Positions 1-9,348 of a stretch of 64,000 bases of DNA are shown piece after piece. Source of the stretch: Anaerohalosphaeraceae bacterium (GTDB taxonomy: Bacteria > Planctomycetota > Phycisphaerae > Sedimentisphaerales > Anaerohalosphaeraceae); contig CAXXSL010000016.1 of assembly GCA_963675525.2 (NCBI GenBank), positions 544,001-608,000 of the forward strand. The letters are read 5' to 3'. Within the stretch, counting starts at the first letter, position 1, and the number at the start of each line of letters is the position of its first letter. Made by a program: the position numbers and the translations under genes. The notes below the pieces were generated by a model. It did no database searches. It had not been told where the DNA came from and saw nothing but the letters and a program-made list of their open reading frames with translations.

Positions 1-111
1 CTATACAAACGATATAGTTATAGTATTTTGCTTGTCTATGCGTATATTTTATTGTATTATGATATTTTGACATTGAACGGTAGGCGCAAAAAAAGCCTCT
101 CGTTCATCTCA

Positions 112-154
112 GGTGGGCCGGTTAGAGTCGGCCAAAACTTCGGACCGGCCCACC
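112..154. repeat. 11-bp inverted repeat (hairpin) downstream of the FecR-like gene; possible terminator or processing stem
   Basis: GGTGGGCCGGT (112-122) ... ACCGGCCCACC (144-154). Confidence 0.5.
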
Positions 155-205
155 ATTAAAAACACACATTCAAGTTTCTATTTCATTTCAAAATATATCT
201 GCAAA

Positions 206-1888
206 TTACTCCAACACCAAAACCGGTTCTGTAAAAATACACCAGTCGCATGAAATCGCACGTTCATAAAAGCCTTTTTTCGGATAATCAGGATCACTGC
301 CATCAGTGCTTACCAGAGTGAGGAAGCGATCGGTACTTTTGATTTCTACTGCAACATCGTTCAGCACGCCTTTTTGCTTGTATTGTCGGAGCGAATATCG
401 TACTTGACCATCAACCAGGACCCAGAAATCCGCGTTGCAGGAACAGTTTTCTTTCAAGTCAGCAATTCCAATTTGAGATGTAAATCGTATAATATCTCGC
501 TTATAGCTGCGGCGCATAGCTTCAAGATCAAACGTCAGTCCATGATTAGCGTGCATAACAATACAGGACTTGCCGCTTTCATCAGTATATTCCTGTCCGT
601 CGAACCGTATCGTCCCCGTTCCTCGATGTTCCGTCTTAAATATCTCCGGTCTTGGGTTGGCTAACAGGTCCATACTATATACACCGCTCGTATCCGGACA
701 TTCCTCAAATACATCGCCGCGGCTGCTGACAATTTGCGGCGTATCCCCATCCGGTATAAAAATACCATCAATAAAGGGGTGATTTGATATAGGTAAATAG
801 CCTTTGACAACACGAAAAGCGCCATGCCAGACTTCTGTGAATCCCTCCACGGGATCCAGGCGTACCTTAGAGTTTCCAGTTCCCAGCCCGTTACCGGCTC
901 TGACCATATCTGCCAGATCAAGCGAAGGCTGTTTTCTCCAAACAACATTGCTCTGTGAATCGAAAGCTCGAACAAAATGTATTTCATTGCAGGAGATATC
1001 TGAAACCGTCTGAGTATCACCGGAAATCCTTTTGGCAACTCCCTTGCCGACTTCCACAGTGACCTTATTGGCCTTCTCTCCGGCCATCAGCATGGTCTTA
1101 CCTTTAAGGACATGCAGTTTCGTGTCCCCATGTGATTCAGCCTGCACACCAAACTCCGTCCCCATATCGATAATCTTGGCATTTTGCGTATAAACAGAAA
1201 ACCCGATCGCTTCTTTCGGGACCGTCGCATACACTTTACCGTAATTGAGGCCAATCCGGTCTTCAGCAAGAATCTGAAATTCTGCCGGGCCCTCAATCGT
1301 CACACTGGCGTTATTATCAAAAATCAACTCAGCGAAACCTTTCCTTAGTAACAAGGGGGTGCTGTCTACATGAAAACGTGTCCCGTTTTGCATGGAATCC
1401 CCCACGTCCGCCCACTTTGCATTGAGACTGTCTGCCAGCGTCACAACCTCAACCCCTTCTGGAGGAACAAATTGTAATAACAGCAATAAGAGAAGTACCG
1501 CGGCGGCATTAAAAATCATGAAAATGCTGAATTTACTTATGCTGCGTTTCTCTCTTGAAGGATAGACAACCTTGCGGATTAATTCAGGCTGCGGCTGTTC
1601 CTGAGGAACTTCAATCACTGGAGCTGTTTTTTCTTCGTAAGCAAGTTGACTCCATAACTCCTGGTCAAATAACGTATCGTATTCATGTAAATTGGCAGCC
1701 GGAATCTTAACGTTCAAGCGTTCTACACCAACAGTAAGATGTATATACTCACAGTAATGCCGACGAACGGCAGGATTGTGAATAATCAAATCGTGTAACC
1801 GCTGAGATTGCTCTGGTGAAATTGAGTTATCCAATGCCAACTCAATCAATTCGTTTATTTCACGTAACTCTTTACTGGGTATGTTCAC
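206..1888 (-). CDS. FecR-domain anti-sigma factor with C-terminal NPCBM/NEW2-like carbohydrate-binding domain
   Basis: N-terminal anti-sigma helix, one TM segment (IFMIFNAAAVLLLLLLL), FecR motifs (ASVTIEGPAEF, IIDMGTEFGV), C-terminal MHANHGLTFDL...FWVLVDG...LTLVSTDG...DWCIFTEPVL typical of NPCBM; overlaps the sigma factor stop codon. Confidence 0.8.
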   Translation of the reverse strand: MNIPSKELREINELIELALDNSISPEQSQRLHDLIIHNPAVRRHYCEYIHLTVGVERLNVKIPAANLHEYDTLFDQELWSQLAYEEKTAPVIEVPQEQPQPELIRKVVYPSREKRSISKFSIFMIFNAAAVLLLLLLLQFVPPEGVEVVTLADSLNAKWADVGDSMQNGTRFHVDSTPLLLRKGFAELIFDNNASVTIEGPAEFQILAEDRIGLNYGKVYATVPKEAIGFSVYTQNAKIIDMGTEFGVQAESHGDTKLHVLKGKTMLMAGEKANKVTVEVGKGVAKRISGDTQTVSDISCNEIHFVRAFDSQSNVVWRKQPSLDLADMVRAGNGLGTGNSKVRLDPVEGFTEVWHGAFRVVKGYLPISNHPFIDGIFIPDGDTPQIVSSRGDVFEECPDTSGVYSMDLLANPRPEIFKTEHRGTGTIRFDGQEYTDESGKSCIVMHANHGLTFDLEAMRRSYKRDIIRFTSQIGIADLKENCSCNADFWVLVDGQVRYSLRQYKQKGVLNDVAVEIKSTDRFLTLVSTDGSDPDYPKKGFYERAISCDWCIFTEPVLVLE

Positions 1889-2412
1889 AATACTTCTCCA
1901 GTAGCGATGGTTCGCCGAATACAGTTAAGCAGAAAACTTTTTATACGTGAAAGGTTTTTATAGGCAACGTTTACCGATGTTCCTATTTCACCCGCAAGTT
2001 CCTTAACGGATATACTTTTCTCGAATCGTTTTTTCATGAATTTCAAATCATTGAGAGAAAGTTTTTTCATACATTCTTCCAATGCATCATATCGAACGTC
2101 CATCTCTTCCGATAACTTCTGATTTTCTGACTCTATGAGTTCAATTGCTTTTTCGCTGAAATGAATCCTGGAACGTTTTTGCTTCTTGCGATGTGTCAAT
2201 ACATGATATTTTGATATAGTGAAGGCCCATGAAAGAAAATTCGTTCCTTTCTTGAAATCATTAAAATGTTCCCACATGTAAGTAATTGCAGACTGCAGGA
2301 TATCCTCTGCGTCCGTTTTATTGGGCACAAATGTAAGAATAAAACCGTGAATTTTATAGTAATTCGGGGTCAATAATTCCACAAATTCAGAATTTTGACT
2401 CTTTTCGTTCAT
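1885..2412 (-). CDS. ECF sigma-70 factor (planctomycete type)
   Basis: Region 2 (DAEDILQ...WEHF..F..GTNFLSWAFTI) and region 4 HTH (SVKELAGEIGTSVNVAYKNLSRIK); start set at ATG 2412 behind AGGTGG. Confidence 0.9.
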   Translation of the reverse strand: MNEKSQNSEFVELLTPNYYKIHGFILTFVPNKTDAEDILQSAITYMWEHFNDFKKGTNFLSWAFTISKYHVLTHRKKQKRSRIHFSEKAIELIESENQKLSEEMDVRYDALEECMKKLSLNDLKFMKKRFEKSISVKELAGEIGTSVNVAYKNLSRIKSFLLNCIRRTIATGEVL

Positions 2413-2834
2413 ATTTGGCCACCTAGTCATAACTATTTACTATATTCGTGTTTATCGGATTAATGAGTGAACAACGTTCGCCATTTTCCTCAATAAAACA
2501 AAGGCGCAATTTAATACTTTTTTGCCATTTTTTTTCGGATTCTTCAAAAAAACTGTTTTATGGCAGCAGAAGTGGCATATGGTAGCATAGCTAATCATAT
2601 AACATCTGTTAATCCCATGGCTAACCGCTTATAAGGGGGTGGGGTAGGGAGAAGCATTACCCCCTTTGTGTGATAGGAGTCCCATCGCCGTTAAAACTAA
2701 GCTGATTTTACGAATTCTGGATATACATCTCTTTTTCTTGCAGTTTAAGATTGTTTTGGTATAATACTATCATCATTTCGAAAAGCCACCACCTGAGGAG
2801 GAATGATTGTACTTTGGAGATTAGGAGAGGAACC

Positions 2835-3812
2835 ATGCAACGGACAATATTTCTGGCACTTAGTATTGTTTTTGGGGTAACAAGCATTTTGCACGCAAAC
2901 CCAGCAGATATTTCCCCCAACAACAAAGTTGATTTGGGTGATTTTGCTGTCTTCGCTGCTGCCTGGCTTAGTGATGACAGCCCAACCCCCAACTGGAATC
3001 CTGCTTGTGATATATCAGATCCGAACGATGGGATCATCGACGAACTTGACCTTGCCATACTTGCTGCCAATTGGCTGTGGACTCCACTTGATGACATAGT
3101 GTGGGTTGCTATCAACAATGACCCCGGTGTTTCCGGCCACGAAGGTTTTAACGGTTATATGAGCAAATACGAGACAACCAATGCTCAGTATTGCCAGTAT
3201 CTCAATGCGGCTATGGCAGATGGTCAGATTATTATTTACAATGATGATGTTCACGCTGCAAGTGATACCAGTCATAGCCAAATATACCTTGAGCTTTACC
3301 CAGGGTCGAGTCCATACAGCCAGATAACTTTTAACGGCACCACGTTTAGTGTTCGAACTCGCAAGGATACGAGTAATAATGATATTGATATGAGCAATCA
3401 TCCTGTTGTTATGGTAAGCTGGTATGGAGCTACTGCGTTCTGCAACTATTACGGCTATAGACTTCCCACTGAATGGGAGTGGCAGGCAGTCGCTGACTAT
3501 GACGGCAGCTATACTTACGGCTGTGGAACAACGATAGACCATAGCAAGGCCAATTATGACTATGCCAACCCGCTTAATCTTTCCAGTCAGCCTTATACGA
3601 GTCCTGTAGACTATTTCGATTCTTACGGCTATGGCATGAATGACATGGCTGGAAATTCATGGGAGTGGACAAGCTCTATCTTCAGTAGCAGCTATCGCGT
3701 TCTCCGCGGCGGCGGCTGGTACAGCTACGACCACAACTGTACCGTCTCGTACTGGAACAACAACCTCCCGAACGTTACCACCAACTACATAGGTTTTCGG
3801 GTCTGTCGTTGA
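2835..3812 (+). CDS. Exported protein: signal peptide + dockerin/EF-hand-like domain + FGE-sulfatase (SUMF1, C-type lectin fold) domain; candidate DGR target
   Basis: ATG 2835 after AGGAGAGG; DISPNNKVDLGDFAVFAAAWL / DGIIDELDLAILAANWL repeats; FGE motifs MSKYETTNAQY, HPVVMVSW, RLPTEWEW, GMNDMAGNSWEW, RVLRGGGW, GFRVCR. Confidence 0.9.
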   Translation: MQRTIFLALSIVFGVTSILHANPADISPNNKVDLGDFAVFAAAWLSDDSPTPNWNPACDISDPNDGIIDELDLAILAANWLWTPLDDIVWVAINNDPGVSGHEGFNGYMSKYETTNAQYCQYLNAAMADGQIIIYNDDVHAASDTSHSQIYLELYPGSSPYSQITFNGTTFSVRTRKDTSNNDIDMSNHPVVMVSWYGATAFCNYYGYRLPTEWEWQAVADYDGSYTYGCGTTIDHSKANYDYANPLNLSSQPYTSPVDYFDSYGYGMNDMAGNSWEWTSSIFSSSYRVLRGGGWYSYDHNCTVSYWNNNLPNVTTNYIGFRVCR

Positions 3813-3835
3813 GTCTTCCCCAGCGTAGATTTTTT

Positions 3836-3851
3836 TACCCTTTGCAGGGTA
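3836..3851. other. Short perfect hairpin 23 nt after the stop codon (position typical of DGR target hairpins)
   Basis: TACCCT-TTGC-AGGGTA. Confidence 0.45.
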
Positions 3852-3863
3852 CAGCATTCACAG

Positions 3864-3895
3864 GCCGGGAGTTCAATCGCTTCCGGCTTTTTTTT
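3864..3895 (+). terminator. Rho-independent terminator
   Basis: GCCGGGAG-8nt-CTTCCGGC (one G-U pair) followed by T8. Confidence 0.7.
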
Positions 3896-3956
3896 GGCAT
3901 GCTCCCCGCCAAAAATGCTCCGAGGGCAGATTTTTCCCTACGGTACTCTCTGAAAC

Positions 3957-4199
3957 TCAACGACACACCCGGAATCCTATGCTAAGGTACAGGGTGTACG
4001 GGTAGTTTTGACTAACTAATGCGACCTTGCAGCCGGACCCACTTTGAGTCCAGTCACCACCGCGGATAATGCGATCACTGCTGGAAACAGAACTTGTCCA
4101 CTCTCCGACATTGCCCGCCATATCACACATCCCATACCCATATATCCCAAAGGACCCCACTGCGGTGGTCCCGTCCGGATGGAACGAAAAAGTATAGTT
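3957..4199 (-). pseudogene. 3' remnant of a second FGE-sulfatase-domain gene, truncated by an IS3 element
   Basis: YGYGMCDMAGNVGEWTSS...RIIRGGDW...IGFRVCR* parallels the C-terminus of 2835-3812; homology stops at the IS end at 4200. Confidence 0.8.
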
Positions 4200-4472
4200 T
4201 GGTCTGCCCCTGTTTTTCGTACCAGTTGTCATGAGAGTATATCACACGTAGTCTCCCTGTCTTGAGGAAGGCGGAGCGTAGCGGAGCCTTGCTCAAGACA
4301 CATCGTCGCGAACGCCGCCGGAGCCATATAATCCAGGCTGCTGTGCGGCCGGTAATGATTATAATTCATCCGCCAGCGATCCGCAACATATCTTAATTCG
4401 TCAATATGTAAAAACAATTCTCGATTTAACAGCTCGTCCCTGAACTTACTGTTGAATGACTCTACATAGTTA
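4200..4472 (-). mobile_element. IS3-family (IS407-like) element fragment: transposase C-terminus and right end
   Basis: Minus-strand translation NYVESFNSKFRDELLNRELF...WRMNYNHYRPHSSLDY is the IS3 OrfB integrase-core tail; TGGTCTGCCCCTGTTTTTCGTACCA at 4200 resembles an IS407-group terminal repeat. Confidence 0.8.
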
Positions 4473-4475
4473 CCT

Positions 4476-4916
4476 TTGAAAGAGGACGTTGCTCAGTTAC
4501 TCATCAATCTTCAAAACAGAAGACCAGCGGGTTATCCCTATGTTTTTGTTCCCCCAAAAAGATATGACCGCATCCAACTGACCAGAAAGGGACTTTCCAA
4601 GAGAAAAAAGAAAACGTGGTCAATCCAAGATGCAAATAATATCGTCATCAATGGATTTACTGATATGTTCAATGAAATCAGAGCTAAAGCAGGCATCAAG
4701 AAGGGAACATTCCATGACCTTCGCAGAACAGCGATTACAAATTGGTTCCATGAACTTAAGGATATTACTGAAGTAATGGAATTGGCAGGCCACAGCAAAT
4801 ACGAAACGACCCTTGAATACTATCTTGCTACCAAGGATGATTTGGTAAAAAGAGCCAGGAAAGCGACTACTCATAAGGTTAGTCAGGAATTGTTGGAAAG
4901 AAGTAAAGCAAAGTAG
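4476..4916 (+). pseudogene. C-terminal fragment of a tyrosine integrase
   Basis: TFHDLRRTAIT (H-x-x-R), LAGHS..ETT..YY (catalytic His and Tyr); N-terminus missing; next to the tRNA 3' end. Confidence 0.8.
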
Positions 4917-5004
4917 GCAATTTAATCTCCTTTCTGGGGCTGTAAGATATCTCTCTTATAGCCCTATTTTTTTGCCCAAAATTAGTCAGCAGAAGAGTTC
5001 TCTT

Positions 5005-5024
5005 TTTGGTGCACTTTGGTGCAC
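5005..5024. repeat. Tandem 10-bp direct repeat, candidate integrase arm-type sites
   Basis: TTTGGTGCAC x2 between integrase and tRNA. Confidence 0.45.
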
Positions 5025-5050
5025 ACCTTTTTAGGGAAAATGGGGGCAAC

Positions 5051-5089
5051 AAAAAAACCTCGTTCTTAGTATCAAAAACGAGGTTTTTT
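5051..5089. terminator. Bidirectional terminator downstream of tRNA and integrase
   Basis: AAAAAACCTCGTT...AACGAGGTTTTTT inverted repeat. Confidence 0.7.
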
Positions 5090-5091
5090 AG

Positions 5092-5165
5092 CGAGGACGA
5101 AGGGACTCGAACCCTCAACCTTCGGATCGACAGTCCGATGCTCTAACCAATTGAGCTACGTCCCC
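5092..5165 (-). tRNA. trnD: tRNA-Asp(GTC), CCA not encoded
   Basis: Minus strand GGGGACGTAGCTCAATTGGTTAGAGCATCGGACTGTCGATCCGAAGGTTGAGGGTTCGAGTCCCTTCGTCCTCG folds as a cloverleaf with anticodon GTC and T-loop TTCGAGT. Confidence 0.97.
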
Positions 5166-5181
5166 AGTTGAGGAAGTTGGG

Positions 5182-5210
5182 ATTAAACAAAATTTACACC
5201 TATCTGTCAA
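5182..5210 (-). promoter_or_regulatory. Sigma-70 promoter of tRNA-Asp
   Basis: Minus strand TTGACA-N17-TTTAAT. Confidence 0.6.
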
Positions 5211-5306
5211 TGTATTTTTGCCACTAAACCCAAAAATCTTTACTTTCACACCTAAAAACAGGACTTTGGCGCCCGATTTCGAAACCCGCCGCGGGCATTA
5301 TTTCTC

Positions 5307-7697
5307 TTAGACCCCGGCCAGAGCCGCTTTCAATGCTTCCGGAGCCTTTGACACATACACAAACTTCATTCCGGATTTGGCCTCACGCGGCACATCAACC
5401 AGGTCTTTCTTGTTCCGTGCGGGAAGGATCACCGTTTTGATCCCCGCCTGTTTGGCCGCAAGAATCTTCTCTTTCAGCCCGCCGATCGGCAGCACCAGGC
5501 CCTTCAGCGTGATCTCCCCGGTCATCGCCACATCCGGACGAACCGGCGCATCCGTCAACAGCGAAACCAGCGACGTAAACATCGCCACCCCCGCACTCGG
5601 CCCGTCCTTGGGCACCGCTCCGGCGGGCACATGCACATGATAATCATATTTCGAAAACTGATCGCCGTCGATCTTCAGCGTATCCGCTGTCGCCTTGACG
5701 ACCGAGAATGCCGCCTGTGCGCTTTCCTTCATCACATCGCCGATCTGCCCGGTCAGCAAAAGCTGGCCCTTGCCCGGCATTCTGGCCGACTCTACAAACA
5801 GGATCTCCCCGCCCGTAGGTGTATAGGCCAGACCGGTGACCACGCCCGGCATCGCCGTACGCAGCGCGATTTCGGACTCGAATTTTTCCGGCCCCAGTAC
5901 CTCCGCCAGTGTCTTGCGATAGATCGTCGCCTTGCGCCGCTTTTTCTCGGCGATCTGCGTAGCAATATACCGGCACACCGATCCAATCGTCCGTTCCAGA
6001 TTCCGCACACCCGCCTCGCGGGTGTAACTATTGATGATCTCAACGATCGCCTCATCCCGGAACACCAGTTGTGTCGGTTTCAGTCCATGCTCTTTAATCT
6101 GCCGCTTCACCAGATATTTTTTGGCGATGTTCAATTTTTCCTTCTGCGTATATCCCGGCAAACGCAGCATCTCCATCCGGTCTATCAGTGCATAGGGGAT
6201 CGGCTCGGTATAATTGGCCGTCCCGATAAACATCACATCCGACAGATCGAACGGCTGATCGATATAATGATCCGTAAACGAATTATTCTGCTGCGGGTCC
6301 AGCACTTCCAGCAGCGCCGACGCCGGATCACCGCGAAAGTCCTGCCCGATCTTATCCATCTCATCCAGCATAAACACCGGATTGCGCGTGCCGCACTTGC
6401 GAAGCTCCTGAAGGATTCGCCCCGGCAGCGCGCCAATATACGTGCGCCGATGTCCGCGAATATCCGCCTCATCGCGAATCCCGCCCAGCGAAATCCGTAC
6501 AAACTTGCGTCCCATCGCTCGTGCGATCGATTGACCCAGACTGGTCTTGCCGACGCCCGGCGGCCCTACAAGGCACAGGATCGCACCCTTGCCTTGCGGA
6601 TTCAGTTTTCGCACCGCCAGAAACTCCAGTATCCGCCGCTTGATTTTATCGAGTCCGTAATGGTCCTTGTTCAGGATCCGGCGGGCCTTATCGATCTCGA
6701 TCCGGTCCTCACTGTAAATCGACCATGGCAATTCACACAGCCAGTCCAGGTATGTCCGGATCACGCTGTAATCCGGCGAGGCCGTGGGGATCTTGCTCAT
6801 GCGGTCCATTTCACGCAGCGCCTCGACCTCGACCTTCTTGGGCATTTTCGCCGCCTTGATCGCCTCGTGCAATTCCCGCATCTCCTCGGTCCGACGGTCG
6901 TCCTGCCCCAATTCCTCCTGGATCGCCTTCAGCTCTTCCTGCAGAAAATATTCCCGCTGGCTCTTGTCGATCGAGTCGCGCACCTGCCCCTGTATCTTAT
7001 GGCTCAGTTCGAGCACTTCCAGTTGACTGGCCAGCGCCAGTGAGATTACCTGCAGCCGCTTATAGGCATCCTGCTCCTCAAGCAGTTTCTGTTTTTCGGC
7101 AATACTGATATTCAGCGTCGCCGCCAGAAAATCCGCCAGCGCCGACGGATCCACAATATTCTCCAAAAGCAGCCCCGCTTCTTCCGGCACATTCGGACTC
7201 AGCGCGATCACGCGTCCGGCGGTGTTGCGAACATTGACCAGCAGCGCCTGCAGTTTTTTGGTATTGCGGACCTGCACCGGCAGCAGTTTGACTTTCGCTT
7301 TCAGGTAAGGTTCCGTCGCCGTAAACTTCACGATCTCAAAACGTGCAATGCCGTGCACCACGATATTCACTGAGCCGTGCGGCATCTGGATCACCTTCAG
7401 CACCGACGCTGCCGTACCCACACGATACATATCCGACGGCGACGGCGATTCGATCTCCGGATTCTTCTGAGCCACCAGACCGAACACCGTTTCCTTCGGC
7501 GCGATATCCGTAACCAGCTTCTTGCTGCGGTCACGCCCCACCGCCAGCGGCATCACCGTTCCCGGATACGCCACCGCGCTGCGGATCGGCAAAATCCCGA
7601 TCTCATCCGGCAATTTAAATGACTGCGGGTCACCATCACTATTGGGAGCCTTGTTATCCATCTCAGGGTCCAATTCGATCAGTTCCAATAAACGCAT
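5307..7697 (-). CDS. lon: ATP-dependent Lon protease
   Basis: LON N-domain, Walker A GPPGVGKTS, RGHRRTYIGALPG, catalytic PKDGPSAG...MTGEITL.G.VLPIGGLKEK; true start may be ATG 7661. Confidence 0.97.
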   Translation of the reverse strand: MRLLELIELDPEMDNKAPNSDGDPQSFKLPDEIGILPIRSAVAYPGTVMPLAVGRDRSKKLVTDIAPKETVFGLVAQKNPEIESPSPSDMYRVGTAASVLKVIQMPHGSVNIVVHGIARFEIVKFTATEPYLKAKVKLLPVQVRNTKKLQALLVNVRNTAGRVIALSPNVPEEAGLLLENIVDPSALADFLAATLNISIAEKQKLLEEQDAYKRLQVISLALASQLEVLELSHKIQGQVRDSIDKSQREYFLQEELKAIQEELGQDDRRTEEMRELHEAIKAAKMPKKVEVEALREMDRMSKIPTASPDYSVIRTYLDWLCELPWSIYSEDRIEIDKARRILNKDHYGLDKIKRRILEFLAVRKLNPQGKGAILCLVGPPGVGKTSLGQSIARAMGRKFVRISLGGIRDEADIRGHRRTYIGALPGRILQELRKCGTRNPVFMLDEMDKIGQDFRGDPASALLEVLDPQQNNSFTDHYIDQPFDLSDVMFIGTANYTEPIPYALIDRMEMLRLPGYTQKEKLNIAKKYLVKRQIKEHGLKPTQLVFRDEAIVEIINSYTREAGVRNLERTIGSVCRYIATQIAEKKRRKATIYRKTLAEVLGPEKFESEIALRTAMPGVVTGLAYTPTGGEILFVESARMPGKGQLLLTGQIGDVMKESAQAAFSVVKATADTLKIDGDQFSKYDYHVHVPAGAVPKDGPSAGVAMFTSLVSLLTDAPVRPDVAMTGEITLKGLVLPIGGLKEKILAAKQAGIKTVILPARNKKDLVDVPREAKSGMKFVYVSKAPEALKAALAGV

Positions 7698-7801
7698 AGA
7701 AAAAAGTCCCGTTTGCTAAAAACCCTCATTTCCAGTTGAAAAACGCTGCTGTGGGCAATCTTACCCGATTCCGGCCGCCTTGAAAAGGAAATACCCCATT
7801 G

Positions 7802-7835
7802 TTATTGTATATTGATTATTGTATATTGATTATTG
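7802..7835. repeat. Short tandem repeat (14-bp unit)
   Basis: TTATTGTATATTGA x2 + TTATTG. Confidence 0.6.
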
Positions 7836-7854
7836 CTTAAGTTGGAGAAAAACG

Positions 7855-8400
7855 ATGAGTCAAAACGTATTGGTTCCAATTGCTGACGGGTCCGAAGAGA
7901 TCGAAGCCGTAACGATCATCGATGTGCTGGTCCGGGCCGGGGCAAATGTCACGGTCGCATCCGTAGAAGCGGTCCAGATCACTGCCTCGCGCGGAGTCAA
8001 ACTCGTTGCCAACAAACGACTCACCGACTGCACGGGCGAGTCATTCGATCTGATCGCCCTGCCCGGCGGGATGCCGGGCGCTGAGCACCTGCGGGATTGC
8101 GCCCCGCTGATCGAAATGCTCAAGGCGCAAAGGGCCGCGGGAAAACTGTATGCCGCGATCTGCGCTTCGCCGGCCGTGGTGCTGGCTCCGCACGGATTGC
8201 TCGATGGGAAAAAGGCGACCGGCTATCCATCCCTGCAGGATAAATTGCCCGCGTTGGGCAATGGGCGGGTTGTCGTCGATGGCAACTGCATCACCAGCCA
8301 GGGTCCGGCAACAGCGATGGAATTCGCGGTAGAATTGGTACGTCACCTATTCGGCGACGAAAAAGCACAACAAATCGCCGGCGGGCTGCTGATGGAATAA
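7855..8400 (+). CDS. DJ-1/PfpI (YajL/ThiJ) family glyoxalase/deglycase
   Basis: GSEEIEAV, LPGGMPGA, AAICASP nucleophile motif, ITSQGPATA. Confidence 0.93.
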   Translation: MSQNVLVPIADGSEEIEAVTIIDVLVRAGANVTVASVEAVQITASRGVKLVANKRLTDCTGESFDLIALPGGMPGAEHLRDCAPLIEMLKAQRAAGKLYAAICASPAVVLAPHGLLDGKKATGYPSLQDKLPALGNGRVVVDGNCITSQGPATAMEFAVELVRHLFGDEKAQQIAGGLLME

Positions 8401-8457
8401 GCTCAGAGCCGGGAGCGTCAGCGACCGGTTACTAAAGACTAAGGACTAAGGACTGAT

Positions 8458-8934
8458 TCAGTTCACTGCCACAATAAAATAGAACCGGTCATCGGCAAGT
8501 TTTCGAAAACACCCGGTTGCCAGGTCGCCGTCATCACAGGCGCTGTCGATTTCCAGCATGTAAGCATCGTCGCGGGTGTTGCCGGTGCCGTCAAAATGAA
8601 CCCCGAATGCGGATTTAACGCCGAACGAATCCAGCTCAAAATCCCAGACACCCCCGACAGGCGTGCCGTTGGTCCACATACTGTTCTGGATATAGGTCTC
8701 CATTCCGGCGGGCATCACACCGGAAGCGGCGTCCTCAAAATACGCCTCGGTAAGCATGTGGTGATATTCGGCAACTTCGTAAATTTTCTTCAGGTTTGTG
8801 ATAAAGGCTTTTTGAGCAGAATCGGAGGTACAGCCCGCATAAGCGGGAATGACGATCCCGGCCAGAACGCCGAGGATCACCACAACGATCAGCACTTCGA
8901 TCAGCGTAAACCCATTTTTCGGCTTCGTTTTCAT
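8458..8934 (-). CDS. Prepilin-type N-terminal cleavage/methylation domain protein
   Basis: KNGFTLIEVLIVVVILGVLAGIVIP class III signal; start ATG 8934. Confidence 0.9.
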   Translation of the reverse strand: MKTKPKNGFTLIEVLIVVVILGVLAGIVIPAYAGCTSDSAQKAFITNLKKIYEVAEYHHMLTEAYFEDAASGVMPAGMETYIQNSMWTNGTPVGGVWDFELDSFGVKSAFGVHFDGTGNTRDDAYMLEIDSACDDGDLATGCFRKLADDRFYFIVAVN

Positions 8935-9029
8935 GTCATTATCCTCGTTTTTAACGAAAAAACGCCCCTTTACACTAAAATATAACAAATAACACACCCC
9001 GCCGGGGCAAAAATTTTTAACAATCCACT

Positions 9030-9203
9030 TCGTCCATCCTCAATCCCAACCCATTCGTCAATCGTCATTCGTCATTCCCCAACCCCCAACCCCTTCGTCA
9101 ATCGTCAATCGTCATTCCTCAATCTCCTCCCCAAAGCCCGATAACCACTTACTGTTCACTGATAACTGGTTTCTGTTGCCCACTGCCTATTGCCTATTGC
9201 CTA
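9030..9203. repeat. Heptamer tandem-repeat arrays (CGTCAWT; TATTGCC/CACTGCC); left arm of an island-flanking inverted repeat
   Basis: Duplicated CCAACCC.TTCGTCAATCGTCA.TCGTCATTCC; TGCCCACTGCCTATTGCCTATTGCCTA at 9177-9203. Confidence 0.8.
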
Positions 9204-9283
9204 CAAAAAAATAATGAGATTTATAGTCTGTTGATGCATTATCGATTTCCAACTTTATTAGCTTCAAGTCACGTTTGCTCTTT

Positions 9284-9310
9284 GTCATTCCCGCGAAGGC
9301 GGGAATCCAG
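9284..9310. repeat. REP/dRS3-like palindrome
   Basis: GTCATTCCCGCGAAGGCGGGAATCCAG (ATTCCC-N8-GGGAAT); variants at 13826 and 13898. Confidence 0.75.
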
Positions 9311-9348
9311 CAATGTAGATATGGTTTACGAAAGAGCAATAATAAGAT

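Noticed and set aside
3957..4199. Inverted FGE fragment as the DGR template repeat for 2835-3812
   Set aside because: It is not AAC-rich and differs from the candidate variable region at many non-adenine and synonymous positions; it is a diverged coding paralog.
1..5090. Second att site (duplicate of the tRNA-Asp 3' end)
   Set aside because: No copy was found by eye in the window, so the far island boundary cannot be placed.
5631..7043. 470-aa plus-strand ORF
   Set aside because: Antisense shadow of lon caused by codon bias; no recognisable motifs.
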